Shown one piece after another: positions 1-9,139 of a DNA stretch of 64,000 nt. The position numbers and the translations under genes are program-made. Positions within the stretch are counted from its first letter, which is position 1. The number at the start of each line of letters is the position of its first letter. This DNA comes from a virus: the IMG/VR virus record IMGVR_UViG_3300033149_006574, positions 12,652 to 76,651 of that record; one strand, written 5' to 3'. A model generated the notes under the pieces. The model searched no databases and was not told the DNA's origin. It saw only the letters and a list, made by a program, of their open reading frames with translations.

Positions 1-1250
1 TCAGCCTTTGAATACGGAATCAAAAGAACATCTCCCCATTCCACTTCACTCAAGCCTCTGTCAAGCCTGATCATATTTATGGTTTTAATAAGATTCTTAA
101 GATCGTGTTCTTCAAGCTTAATTTGCTCTGATACATCAAGAGCACCAAGTGGATTGAATTTTATTTTTGCTTTTGCAGGTTTAAAATATACTTTCAAAAG
201 TTTTCTGTCTATTCTGTTTTTAACGATTCTCTGATATCTTGAAATGACAAGGGTTCTAAAAAGCGAAATCTGTTGTGATGCATTTTCTTTCGTCCCACCC
301 GAAAGGCCAAGAATAATTGGTTGCATTCTCCAGAGTGCAAAAATCTTTTCTCTTAAGCCTTCTGCATAAGTCGAAAATTCCATATCTTTATTGGAAAGAG
401 AAACAGGAGTTACTTTAACATTCCCACTGGTAACAAGATTGGCATGTGGCTTCCCCTTTAATTGAGAATTAAGCAGATCGGTAATTCTTTCAAAATCCTC
501 CTTACTAACATTGCCGACATCTATATGCAATCTTGGAGTAGCATTATTTTCAAAAAATGCGCCATTATATTGTTCAGCATAAATATCCGATGCTATTACT
601 TTTTGCAATGTTTGAATTGGCGATTTACTATAAATTTCTTCCCCTACTGATGGCATTCTGAAATAAATAATTTCATCAGGATCATATTCCTGAGTCACTC
701 TTGCCACTTTTTGAACGAATTTAACAATAGAGCCATTTTTCACTTTAATCTTTATTGTTTCAGGTGAAAGGGCATAAATCTTAAAAGGAAATTCAATATC
801 CTGAACTTCTTTCTCAGGGTCTTCAACCTCCTTTACGAATTGAAGGTATTTGTTTTTATTAAACGGAACGTACCAATAAGCTACATGATAGAGAGCAAGA
901 TTCAAAAATAATTCTTCCAGCAGGTCATCAAAAGTATCTTCTTCATTAGGCCTTTCCGTGAACTCTTGCAAAACCTCAAGCCAGCGATCATCAATTTTAG
1001 TTCCGATTTTGGAAGGAACAAAACGAAAGCCCGCAGCGGTTGCTCCGGATGCAATTGCTTCAACCACTGCTCTGACCCAGACATCCTGGTTATAGCATTT
1101 CGTAACGGTGGTAAGATTAAATGGAAGTGCTTTCTCTTCAGAGTTTAAAAAGGAAAATCCTGCAATTGTAGGGACATAAGATTTTTTTATTTCAATTTGT
1201 TTTTTTAAATTTTTTGATCCTTTGGGCCGACCTCTTTTCTTTTTAATCAT
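1..1250 (-). CDS. Phage portal protein, HK97 family (runs off left edge; not in ORF track)
   Basis: Manual translation from ATG 1250: MIKKKRGRPKGSKN...WVRAVVEAIA...RPNEEDTF...YDPDEIIYFR...SPIQTL...FFENNATP...KDMEF...INMIRLDRGL; directly downstream of TerL. Confidence 0.9.
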   Translation of the reverse strand, partial: MIKKKRGRPKGSKNLKKQIEIKKSYVPTIAGFSFLNSEEKALPFNLTTVTKCYNQDVWVRAVVEAIASGATAAGFRFVPSKIGTKIDDRWLEVLQEFTERPNEEDTFDDLLEELFLNLALYHVAYWYVPFNKNKYLQFVKEVEDPEKEVQDIEFPFKIYALSPETIKIKVKNGSIVKFVQKVARVTQEYDPDEIIYFRMPSVGEEIYSKSPIQTLQKVIASDIYAEQYNGAFFENNATPRLHIDVGNVSKEDFERITDLLNSQLKGKPHANLVTSGNVKVTPVSLSNKDMEFSTYAEGLREKIFALWRMQPIILGLSGGTKENASQQISLFRTLVISRYQRIVKNRIDRKLLKVYFKPAKAKIKFNPLGALDVSEQIKLEEHDLKNLIKTINMIRLDRGLSEVEWGDVLLIPYSKA

Positions 1251-1254
1251 ATTT

Positions 1255-2688
1255 TCACACCTCTAACATTTCGAATTGAAAGATACCTCCCTGTTTCTCG
1301 AACTGGGGTAATATTTCAGCAACAATAGCACAGCGAAGCATATCCACATGATGGTCCTCTTCGTTCGGATAAATTATGGTTCCGTCTTTTGCAGTTGCCC
1401 TGGTCGAATTGTGCAATTCATCCAGTAAAGAATAGTCTGAGGAGGGGACTTTAATCATATTTTCAATCATTGCTTGCTCAAGTTTCAAAGAGGACCACAC
1501 TTTGACCCTTTGTGTTATTTTTTTCCCATCTGATGTTTCGCCCAGCTTAACATGCTTGCCGAAATTAACTGGAACGAAAGTAAATGGCCCCTCATAATTA
1601 ATAAGGTCTAAGGCGACAGATTTTCCCGCACCACCCTCATCAATCGCTACCCAGCATCCTGGAAAACGATTAATTAAAAATTTAAATAATTCCGTTTGTT
1701 GACTATAAATCACGCCATTAAGAATATATTTACCAAATAAATGCAATGCGCCTTTATCCGTTTTATTCCACAGTCCTATAACGGTGGGACTTGGTGAATA
1801 AGCAATATCAGCTGAGATTATTACAGGAGCGGTTTTTGAGATTGGTTCGGGAACCTCAAGATGTTCGAAATCAATTTTTTGGTCCGCCTGAAAATCCAGA
1901 TTTACGATTTTGTAATCCTCATACTCAAAATTTGATATAAGATCCAGCGCTCTTGGTGCAAAGGCTAGATCTCTGAAAGTTTTTGACCATTCTGCAAGCA
2001 CCTGTGTCCTGTACATAAAGCTCGAGCGACCACCATACATTCTTGCCAGAAAATCATCCTGCTGTTTGGTATAATCGGGTCGGTCAAATTTAGTAATAGT
2101 CTTCTCCTTAAAAAAAGTCTCCTCTTCCAGCGTCCTATAAAGATATGATTTTCTCACATCATTTGGCACTCCAAGAACGCGAATTTTTGTATTCGTTTTA
2201 AGACAGCCCTGTAATTGTTCCAATGGCTTTGTGGTAAATATCTGTCCCTCATCTATCCATACGACGTCCGGGTGTAGACCGAAAAAAGTTTTGCCACCCG
2301 AAAATCCTGCAACTCTTGAATGTAAAACCGTTTTGTTTTTAAATTGTATCAAATAATCGGGGGCTCTTAAAACCCTTTCAACCTGAGTCTTTAAAAAGCT
2401 ATCGTTTTCAATCCTCAGGATTATTCTGTCCATTGTTGGAGAAAGATGAGCTTTGTTGGGAGTAGTAAAAAGAAGTTCCCTCTCTTTTTTCTCTGAGTTA
2501 TCAAGGCATTCCCTTATAATATCAGCTTCCAGTGTTTTTGTTTTACCCACGCCCCTTGCGGCGGAAACATGATAAAATTGAAATGCTTTATAACGAATTG
2601 ATATCCTTTTTTGGTAGTCAAAAGGATCCATCTGATTCCAGAACCAGAACCACGAAACAGGATTTTTCACAAGCCAGGCAAGTTTCAT
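1255..2688 (-). CDS. terL: Terminase large subunit
   Basis: Walker A AARGVGKT, Walker B VVWIDEGQ, C-terminal RNase H-like nuclease (ISADIA...IDEGGAG...DHHVDMLR); adjacent to portal. Confidence 0.9.
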   Translation of the reverse strand: MKLAWLVKNPVSWFWFWNQMDPFDYQKRISIRYKAFQFYHVSAARGVGKTKTLEADIIRECLDNSEKKERELLFTTPNKAHLSPTMDRIILRIENDSFLKTQVERVLRAPDYLIQFKNKTVLHSRVAGFSGGKTFFGLHPDVVWIDEGQIFTTKPLEQLQGCLKTNTKIRVLGVPNDVRKSYLYRTLEEETFFKEKTITKFDRPDYTKQQDDFLARMYGGRSSFMYRTQVLAEWSKTFRDLAFAPRALDLISNFEYEDYKIVNLDFQADQKIDFEHLEVPEPISKTAPVIISADIAYSPSPTVIGLWNKTDKGALHLFGKYILNGVIYSQQTELFKFLINRFPGCWVAIDEGGAGKSVALDLINYEGPFTFVPVNFGKHVKLGETSDGKKITQRVKVWSSLKLEQAMIENMIKVPSSDYSLLDELHNSTRATAKDGTIIYPNEEDHHVDMLRCAIVAEILPQFEKQGGIFQFEMLEV

Positions 2689-3404
2689 ATTTTAGGGATT
2701 GGGGTAGCGGTAAACCCCTGTAATTCGGGTAAATAATTTAACACTTCTATCTCCTGCCCGCAATAAGGACATTTTAAAACATACATTTCTGGATGCAATC
2801 TGGACCATTTTTCATATTTTTGAAGCACATCGGCAATAGTATCTTCCAGCGTCATGGCCTGAGAGTCAGACTTTTGCTTTTCCTCAAGCCTCTGACTTCT
2901 CAAAAGAGATAAATCCTTTTGTAGCATCCTGAGCTCTTCCGTAATTTTTATAAGTGATTGGTGCAAATAATATTTGTCTTTTGCCGAAGAAGTTGTGGTA
3001 AGTGAATAATCAATTCTTTTGGATTCAAGCTCAAGCATAAGCAATCTTGTCAAAAGCGCCAGATCCGCTGTTTCATAGATCGAGGTATCTTTTAAATATT
3101 CGTCTCTTCTTTTGACCCAGAACATTTTTTCCTGCTCATTTTTCAAAAATACCACGGACTTATCTGGTGCAGTTTCAATAAAAATATCTTCTTGTTTTTT
3201 AGAATCCTTTTCCTTACTCTTTTGCTGAAAAGCTTTAAACTGTTTAAGTTTCGGGATCACGGACCTGCAGGTCGGACAGAGAGTGGGCAATTGTTTGCCG
3301 GGATAGTGAAGGACCCTGAACTTTCTCTTACACTGCTGGCATATCTGCACCTTAATCTCGCCTGTGGCTTTTTTCTCAAATTTCTTAATCAAATCTTCAG
3401 TCAT
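2685..3404 (-). CDS. Probable terminase small subunit (Zn-ribbon and helical domain)
   Basis: Immediately upstream of terL with ATGA overlap; CxxC...CxxC N-terminus, coiled-coil core, CPYCG near C-terminus. Confidence 0.55.
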   Translation of the reverse strand: MTEDLIKKFEKKATGEIKVQICQQCKRKFRVLHYPGKQLPTLCPTCRSVIPKLKQFKAFQQKSKEKDSKKQEDIFIETAPDKSVVFLKNEQEKMFWVKRRDEYLKDTSIYETADLALLTRLLMLELESKRIDYSLTTTSSAKDKYYLHQSLIKITEELRMLQKDLSLLRSQRLEEKQKSDSQAMTLEDTIADVLQKYEKWSRLHPEMYVLKCPYCGQEIEVLNYLPELQGFTATPIPKI

Positions 3405-3416
3405 TTTCTCCCCTTT

Positions 3417-3608
3417 TTATGTAAGCTTGTTTGTGGACAGAACGCGGGTCTCGATATTTATAGCATCAAAATATTCTGAAGGTATAAGAACCCTTCTGCC
3501 AAAATGAATTGCGGGAATATTCCCTGCTTTAATATGCCTCTGTATCGTTCTAGAAGAACATTTTAAGATTCTCGCAGTCTCTCTGATTGTTAAAAATTTA
3601 TCGTTCAT
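3417..3608 (-). CDS. Excisionase/HTH_17 (MerR-like, BldC/Xis type) DNA-binding protein
   Basis: FLTIRETARILKCSSRTIQRHIKAGNIPAIHFGRRVLIP pattern. Confidence 0.85.
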   Translation of the reverse strand: MNDKFLTIRETARILKCSSRTIQRHIKAGNIPAIHFGRRVLIPSEYFDAINIETRVLSTNKLT

Positions 3609-3837
3609 TATCGAATCTGATAAGCGGAATCTTTTTTCTATCCTCCCATTCCTGCGCCCCTATTCCAACAAATTCCCCATCGACAGAAAAAAATTCAAGG
3701 GATATGCCCATTTTCCTGGACATAATCATCTCAAGCACAGCTTTGCGCTTAAAAAATTCATCTTCTGCTTTTTGAAATCTCCTCCAGTATGGTTTTAACT
3801 TCCTGACCCAAACATCTTTTTTAAATTTTACTTGCAT
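3598..3837 (-). CDS. Hypothetical protein, first gene of packaging operon
   Basis: SD GAGGGGG upstream; overlaps the next gene. Confidence 0.7.
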   Translation of the reverse strand: MQVKFKKDVWVRKLKPYWRRFQKAEDEFFKRKAVLEMIMSRKMGISLEFFSVDGEFVGIGAQEWEDRKKIPLIRFDNER

Positions 3838-3851
3838 CTTACCCCCTCACT

Positions 3852-3890
3852 ATTATATATGACATATGGCGACATAAAACGACAAAAAAT
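3852..3890 (-). promoter_or_regulatory. Leftward promoter region with three GACA direct repeats at 10-bp spacing
   Basis: TATAAT on minus strand at 3857-3852; GACATATGGC/GACATAAAAC/GACAAAAAAT at 3861, 3871, 3881. Confidence 0.5.
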
Positions 3891-4893
3891 GAAAAAATCG
3901 CACAAAAATTAAAAATTCAAAAAAATAAAAAAATTCTTTAAATTCTTTCTCATGATCATCCCAGTACCGGTACTAGATACTCAGGTATAATAATATAATA
4001 TATATAAATATATGCTAATCAAATATTTAATACCGGTTTATGCTATATATACCGGAGAGCAACTAAGTATCTATTTGAGCTAAGTTTATTCTAGATCTAT
4101 TACAATTAAGCTATAAAGTTACATAAAGTCTATTCATGTTAATACCGGCTTTGCATAAATATAGCGACAAATATGATTTTATGTCACAGATGTTCCGGCA
4201 CCTTTCTTAAAGAAAATGAATAAAAAAGAAAAAAATATTGTTAAAAAAAGAAAAAAATTTGCTTTCCTCTGCTTTCTAGCTGAAATTGCCAGTCCAGCCC
4301 TGCTATAGGAATGCCACCAGAACAATTCTTTGCCCTAAATTTTCGATTTTCTTGCCCCGAGCCTACCTGACCTATCTCCCAGGAGCATCTAAGCCCCAAA
4401 ATCGCCAAATTTTTGCTCACAGAGATATGTCCTGCTCTAGAGAAAGAGAAAAAAAAGAAGAGGAACTAAATAGAAAAAATCCGGAAAGCACAATTTGAGG
4501 CCTCAGTGTTATAGCTAATTTCGCACCAGAGCAACGGAAAGGGGGATTTCAGGCGAGATTTTTAAAAACACGTGTAATTGTATCAGAATAGACAGTTCGT
4601 GGCTTAAATCGCAAAATTTGACTGTCAAGTCCCCCTCAGATTCCATTACTAATGGGAAATCGAGAGCGAGTGGAATTTTTAAAAATGGTGGGGTCAAATG
4701 AGAGGCACTATCCCACAACCCCTTGCCACGCCTTGATTTTTTTACTTCCCCCCGCTTTTGAATTATCTTTATGGTTATTAGCATTCCAGTGGTTTGGTAA
4801 AGCGATACTTTACTTCACATAATAACACTTGTGTCAAGTAGTTGTTACCACTTCACTTGTCATTAGCAAGATTGAAGTTTGAAGCGTAAGTAG

Positions 4894-4923
4894 TTGACTT
4901 TTCCACTCCATATATGGTATAAC
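4894..4923 (+). promoter_or_regulatory. Sigma70-type early promoter
   Basis: TTGACT-N18-TATAAC with extended -10 TGn, upstream of the first rightward ORF. Confidence 0.6.
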
Positions 4924-4958
4924 ATTAGTAGAATTGAAAATGAGAGGAGATTGAAAGA

Positions 4959-5123
4959 ATGACAAACTTGCAAGGTTTTATAGTTATGGAAAATTTAACA
5001 AAACAACAAGCGAAAAGATTAGTAAGGATTCTTACACACGCAAACTTTGGAATTTCCAATAGAAACGAAAAATATTCAGTGTATGGATTAGTAGACAAAG
5101 AATACTTTGACATAGTGAAATAG
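4959..5123 (+). CDS. Small hypothetical early protein (54 aa)
   Basis: SD GAGGAG, ATG 4959, MTNLQGFIVMENLTKQQAKRL...; below ORF-track cutoff. Confidence 0.6.
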   Translation: MTNLQGFIVMENLTKQQAKRLVRILTHANFGISNRNEKYSVYGLVDKEYFDIVK

Positions 5124-5332
5124 TGAAAATGAATACTTGGGACAAGTTGCAAGTATATAGTAAGCCGCAAAAGAGATATTATCGCAAGCGGCGTAAATTA
5201 TTTACGAAGACAAACGCTACAAGTTTATGCGATAGTTGCGGCAATTATCAATGCAAGTTTAAGAATAGACAGGTAACAATTTTAAGTTGCAACAATTATA
5301 TACCTTGTTTCAAAGCAGTAAGTAAATTGTAA
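5123..5332 (+). CDS. Small basic Cys-rich (CxxC-x4-C-x11-C) protein
   Basis: ORF track; four-Cys pattern; coupled to upstream stop. Confidence 0.55.
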   Translation: MKMNTWDKLQVYSKPQKRYYRKRRKLFTKTNATSLCDSCGNYQCKFKNRQVTILSCNNYIPCFKAVSKL

Positions 5333-5351
5333 GGAAGGGGGGTGAATTTAG

Positions 5352-5615
5352 ATGATTAAAGCCAAACAGATGGAAGTGACTCCATCTACAAGCGGGAAGA
5401 TAAAGTATATATCGATCCCGACTCCACGATGGAGCAAGGTAAGTAAAGCATTCACTCCGACTGGTAACGCTTCACCGACTGATGTTGCTGCTTCACTACT
5501 TGCCAACATCTTCTACGATAATCCGACACCAGAGCAATTCGCCGCATTCAAGGAAGAGATTAAGGCAGCCAGAAAAGCAGCAGCGGAAGAAGCAGAGGAA
5601 GAAGCAGAGGAGTAG
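5352..5615 (+). CDS. Early protein with acidic Ala/Glu C-terminal tail
   Basis: Strong SD GGGGGGTGA; ends AAAEEAEEEAEE; followed by terminator. Confidence 0.75.
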   Translation: MIKAKQMEVTPSTSGKIKYISIPTPRWSKVSKAFTPTGNASPTDVAASLLANIFYDNPTPEQFAAFKEEIKAARKAAAEEAEEEAEE

Positions 5616-5626
5616 AGCCCGTAAAT

Positions 5627-5681
5627 TGCGGAGTGTGTGGCAGTTTGTTAGATTGCTTTCACACTCCGCAGTATTTTTTTT
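5627..5681 (+). terminator. Intrinsic terminator
   Basis: TGCGGAGTGTG/CACACTCCGCA stem followed by a T8 tract. Confidence 0.85.
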
Positions 5682-5775
5682 GTTCAAAAATTTTTTTTGG
5701 TCTCATAAAATTATATTTATAAATTGAATAGAATCATATTCGCAAATTAAAAATATTTCCGGGAGGAATTATCCG

Positions 5776-5940
5776 ATAGAATATCCTGATGAATATCAGG
5801 AAAATAGGGTTAAACTGTGCGATATTTGCGCAAGGCGTAAATACTGCACACGAAGGCATAATGTATACAACATTTATCAGTGTAAAGCGTGGTCTCCAAG
5901 AATTACAATAACAAGAGCAATTGCAGCGGGGGAAAAATAA
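5776..5940 (+). CDS. Cys-rich 54-aa protein with probable ATA start
   Basis: GGGAGG 9 nt before ATA; LCDICARRKYC...QCKAW resembles the Cys pattern of 5123..5332; stop abuts the next ATG. Confidence 0.5.
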   Translation: MEYPDEYQENRVKLCDICARRKYCTRRHNVYNIYQCKAWSPRITITRAIAAGEK

Positions 5941-5941
5941 A

Positions 5942-6394
5942 ATGATTTCAGGAATTAAGAAAATAAATATATATGGTGACGGAATATTAAAGATAGATAA
6001 TAGAACCTCTGATAATAATATCAGGCAGTTATTAGAAAACATTTATCAGAGGATTATCTCCGTTGTGCCAATGACAGCACAGCGGAAAGAAGATTTAGAC
6101 AATTTATTAATTATATTGAAAGATGGGCATTGTTCCAAAAGATTCTATGGTCAATGCTTCTATAGCGAGAAGAAAATTACATTATATTATAATGATTCTG
6201 CACAAATACAGAGAACATTTGCGCATGAATTATGTCACTATTTGTTCCAAGATGCAAGAAGAAGAACGGGCCTGAATTTTTCTATATATTCTAACAGTCG
6301 CAAAGTTAGAGAATATCTAGCAAACACGTTCGCCAAATATATAATAGAAAATGCACAGGACAAATTGAAAGCATTTTGTGCATTATACAAATAA
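5942..6394 (+). CDS. ImmA/IrrE-like zinc metallopeptidase
   Basis: FYGQC...RTFAHELCH...EYLANTFA (HExxH plus downstream E). Confidence 0.75.
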   Translation: MISGIKKINIYGDGILKIDNRTSDNNIRQLLENIYQRIISVVPMTAQRKEDLDNLLIILKDGHCSKRFYGQCFYSEKKITLYYNDSAQIQRTFAHELCHYLFQDARRRTGLNFSIYSNSRKVREYLANTFAKYIIENAQDKLKAFCALYK

Positions 6395-6497
6395 TAAAAA
6401 AACAATATAAAAAAAGGGAAAATTTTTTCGGGCATTTTTGGCTGAAAAGTTATCAGCATTTTTGAAGGATTCCGGGGGGGAAGGAGGTGATAAAATA

Positions 6498-6695
6498 ATG
6501 TTGGTAGCGCATTATCGGACAAAAAAGGATTTAAAAAATAGCATCGGGAAAGAATTAAGATTCAGCGAAACATCAATGTTTGGACCAGAATATGGTCCAA
6601 ATAAAACACTAACAGTTGTTGGACCGGATGCATATCAGCGTAAATGGTTTGCAATGGTCCAGATGAAGGATGGAATAATAAAATCTGTAAAATAA
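6498..6695 (+). CDS. Conserved small phage protein (ETSMFGPEY motif)
   Basis: SD AGGAGGTGA before ATG 6498; motif recalled from uncharacterised phage proteins. Confidence 0.7.
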   Translation: MLVAHYRTKKDLKNSIGKELRFSETSMFGPEYGPNKTLTVVGPDAYQRKWFAMVQMKDGIIKSVK

Positions 6696-6703
6696 ATTTT
6701 TGA

Positions 6704-6893
6704 GCTGGCGGGCAGGCGGGCGAAGCCGGTTCTTCCGCACCGGAACAGTTTCCGGAATAATCTCGAGATGGCACGGGATTAGCGGATAGCATTCAGGTGA
6801 TCAAGCCATCTAAGCCGGATGCGACAAGAATGAGGCACTGGATGTAAAATTTCATCCACTGTACCAGAGCGGGTTCGAATCCCGTCGTCAGCA
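6704..6893 (+). ncRNA. tRNA-like structured RNA 1 (~190 nt)
   Basis: GCTGGCG (6704-6710) pairs with CGTCAGC (6886-6892), stacked on T-arm GCGGG-TTCGAAT-CCCGT; several internal hairpins; GC-rich intergenic DNA. Confidence 0.65.
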
Positions 6894-7310
6894 TCCTTTT
6901 TGGGGAGAAAAAAATGAAAAAGCCAAATAGATTACCGGTAGTGAATATCAAATTTTTTCTGGACAAAAGGTTAAAAGAACTGAGAATGGTTAATAATCCG
7001 CATATACGAATTCATTTAGATGAACAGGAAGGAGAGGAAAAATGTTATTTACAATCTTAGAAAAACTGGCGATAATTTTTGGGCTAATATTCATTGCCTG
7101 GGTCACAAAATTTTTGAGATAAGGAAAATTATATGATTTGGATATTATTTGTTGCAGTGATTGTTATAGGCATTGGGTTAACAATTGAAGATATTTACAG
7201 AATAAGGAAGAAAATAAAGAAAAAGAACAATGACAAAAAAAAGAATTTAGAATGTAGAAAATATCCGGATTCACAAAACTGAGCAAATATCTATAAAAAA
7301 GGAGGGTAAG

Positions 7311-7775
7311 ATGCCAAACCATTGTGAGAATGTGCTATTTGTCTCGTGCAAAGAAAAAGACAAGGATGAACTTCTTAGGTTCAGGGAATTTGCGAAAGGT
7401 GAATGTCCCTGGAAAGAAAAAGATGAAGAACCGATTAAAGAAGAATTTTGTTGTAACAAATTTGTTCCAGTTCCAAAGAAAGTAATTAGACAGGGTTTTG
7501 ATAAAGCCGGTTATGATTGGTGTGTTGCAAATTGGGGTACAAAATGGGGAGCATATGATATACAAGTATTCGTTTCCCCATTTATTTTAAAATATATGTT
7601 TTCTACCGCCTGGGGTCCATTCTCAGAAGACTTTATGATTAAAATGAGCAAAAAATTTCCCGCATTGGAATTTGTGCTTATGTATAGAGAACCTGGAGTA
7701 GGTTTTAGTGGATCAATGTTCGTAAAGACCGGAGAAATGATTGATAGCCATTTTCGTGATTGGGTGAACAGTTGA
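7311..7775 (+). CDS. DUF1281/YubB ferredoxin-like family protein
   Basis: MPNHCEN...YDWCVANWGTKW...FSTAWGP...YREPG signature. Confidence 0.75.
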   Translation: MPNHCENVLFVSCKEKDKDELLRFREFAKGECPWKEKDEEPIKEEFCCNKFVPVPKKVIRQGFDKAGYDWCVANWGTKWGAYDIQVFVSPFILKYMFSTAWGPFSEDFMIKMSKKFPALEFVLMYREPGVGFSGSMFVKTGEMIDSHFRDWVNS

Positions 7776-7803
7776 AAAAAAGGAAACAGTTGAAGAAAAG
7801 GAG

Positions 7804-8043
7804 GTGATCAAAAAAATGGAATCTATGCTAAAGGATCAAAAGAAATCTATATTAAAAAGTACTTTTATTAACATTCTTATGAAAGCATCTTTTGTATTGA
7901 AAACACCATTAGAGCTTTTACAACTAGAAGTAAAATACGATTACGACACTGATAAAATGGAATATACATTTTATGATAATACGACCAATCAGATGCTCTT
8001 GCACATTCACGGGTTAGAAGAATTAGAAAAAGCGGAGGCGTAA
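7804..8043 (+). CDS. Hypothetical protein
   Basis: ORF track; SD GGAGGTGA. Confidence 0.6.
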   Translation: MIKKMESMLKDQKKSILKSTFINILMKASFVLKTPLELLQLEVKYDYDTDKMEYTFYDNTTNQMLLHIHGLEELEKAEA

Positions 8044-8431
8044 AATGAAATCCGAAAAGATTGAAGTTTCCACCGCCGGAATGTTGAAATTAGCAATGTA
8101 TAACGAAAAAGAATTTGATAGATTCAACTCTCTCATAGACCAGGGAAAAATTACCGAAGCAGTAAATCTGATAAATTCCCTTTATCCTGAGCCTGATCCT
8201 ATAAAATAACTATGAAAAAAATACAGAATAAAAATAATTGGCATTTCGTGAGAATTCCAGGAGGTTATCAGCCATTTCGTGCAAAACGGGTCCTTTTTTG
8301 GATTTTCCTATCAAATGGTGAGAATAAAATAATATTTGCTCCATTTAAAAAATCTTTTCGGAAAGTGGGAGAACATAGTGAAGTAATTTACATTTGAGAA
8401 AAAGGGACTGAAATAGAATAGGAGGCTGAAA

Positions 8432-8756
8432 ATGAGCTATGATATTTATTTGAAAGATAAAGATGGAAATAATTTTGCCTTAGAAGTTCCCTTGGAAGAG
8501 GGCGGAATTCAGCTAGTGGGTGGAAACATTGATACCTGGCTCACAATATCTGGATAAAAAGAAGGGAATCCGGTGGTTATATGGGAGAAAGGCAAAAGAT
8601 TGTATTAAAAGATTGGAAAAAGCAATTGAACCGTTTAAAGATGCTCCGACTTATAAGGACTATTGGGCGCCAACCCCTGGAAATTGCGTTAAACCTTTAA
8701 AAATTTTCTTAGAATGGTGTAAAAAATATCCCGAAGGGGTTTTTACAGGAGATTGA
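8432..8756 (+). pseudogene. Frameshifted or internally deleted conserved phage gene (MSYDIYL...YWAPTPGN...PEG)
   Basis: Frame from ATG 8432 with SD GGAGG stops near 8557; C-terminal half lies in another frame (8520..8756) with no SD. Confidence 0.55.
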
Positions 8757-8831
8757 GAAAAAAAGGAATCCTTAGATTAACATTTCGCTTATCAAAAAAT
8801 TTTCTGGATTTCTAAGAAAAAGGAGAGCAAA

Positions 8832-9122
8832 ATGAAAAGAACAATCAGAGAATGGATGAAAAGAAAGCCATCGCAAAAGGAAATTAAAAAAAATGAAAGA
8901 TTCATTGAGGATATCAGGAACACTGTTCAGGCTTTTCTGCCTGAAAGTGAACAATGGAAGATGTCGGCCTTCAAAAATCAGGCTGGATTCCTTGACTACG
9001 AAGGGAATCCAGAACTTGATTGGGAAAATTGCACTCTCAACAATTGGCAATTGCTTTGGGCTGCTGGTATAGAGGATGATGACAATTATATCTTGAGCGA
9101 AAATGAAGGATATCTAATTTGA
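8832..9122 (+). CDS. Hypothetical protein
   Basis: SD AGGAG; ORF track. Confidence 0.7.
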   Translation: MKRTIREWMKRKPSQKEIKKNERFIEDIRNTVQAFLPESEQWKMSAFKNQAGFLDYEGNPELDWENCTLNNWQLLWAAGIEDDDNYILSENEGYLI

Positions 9123-9139
9123 GAAAAAGGAGGAGAAAA

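Noticed and set aside
462-1148. Short ORFs over the portal gene and similar antisense ORFs genome-wide
   Set aside because: They overlap well-supported genes and lack SDs or motifs.
4286-4784. Short ORFs in the divergent control region
   Set aside because: No SD, atypical composition, overlap with repeated motifs.
5856-5867. GCATAATGTATA resembling part of the E. coli dif site
   Set aside because: No XerD arm, and it lies inside a probable coding frame.
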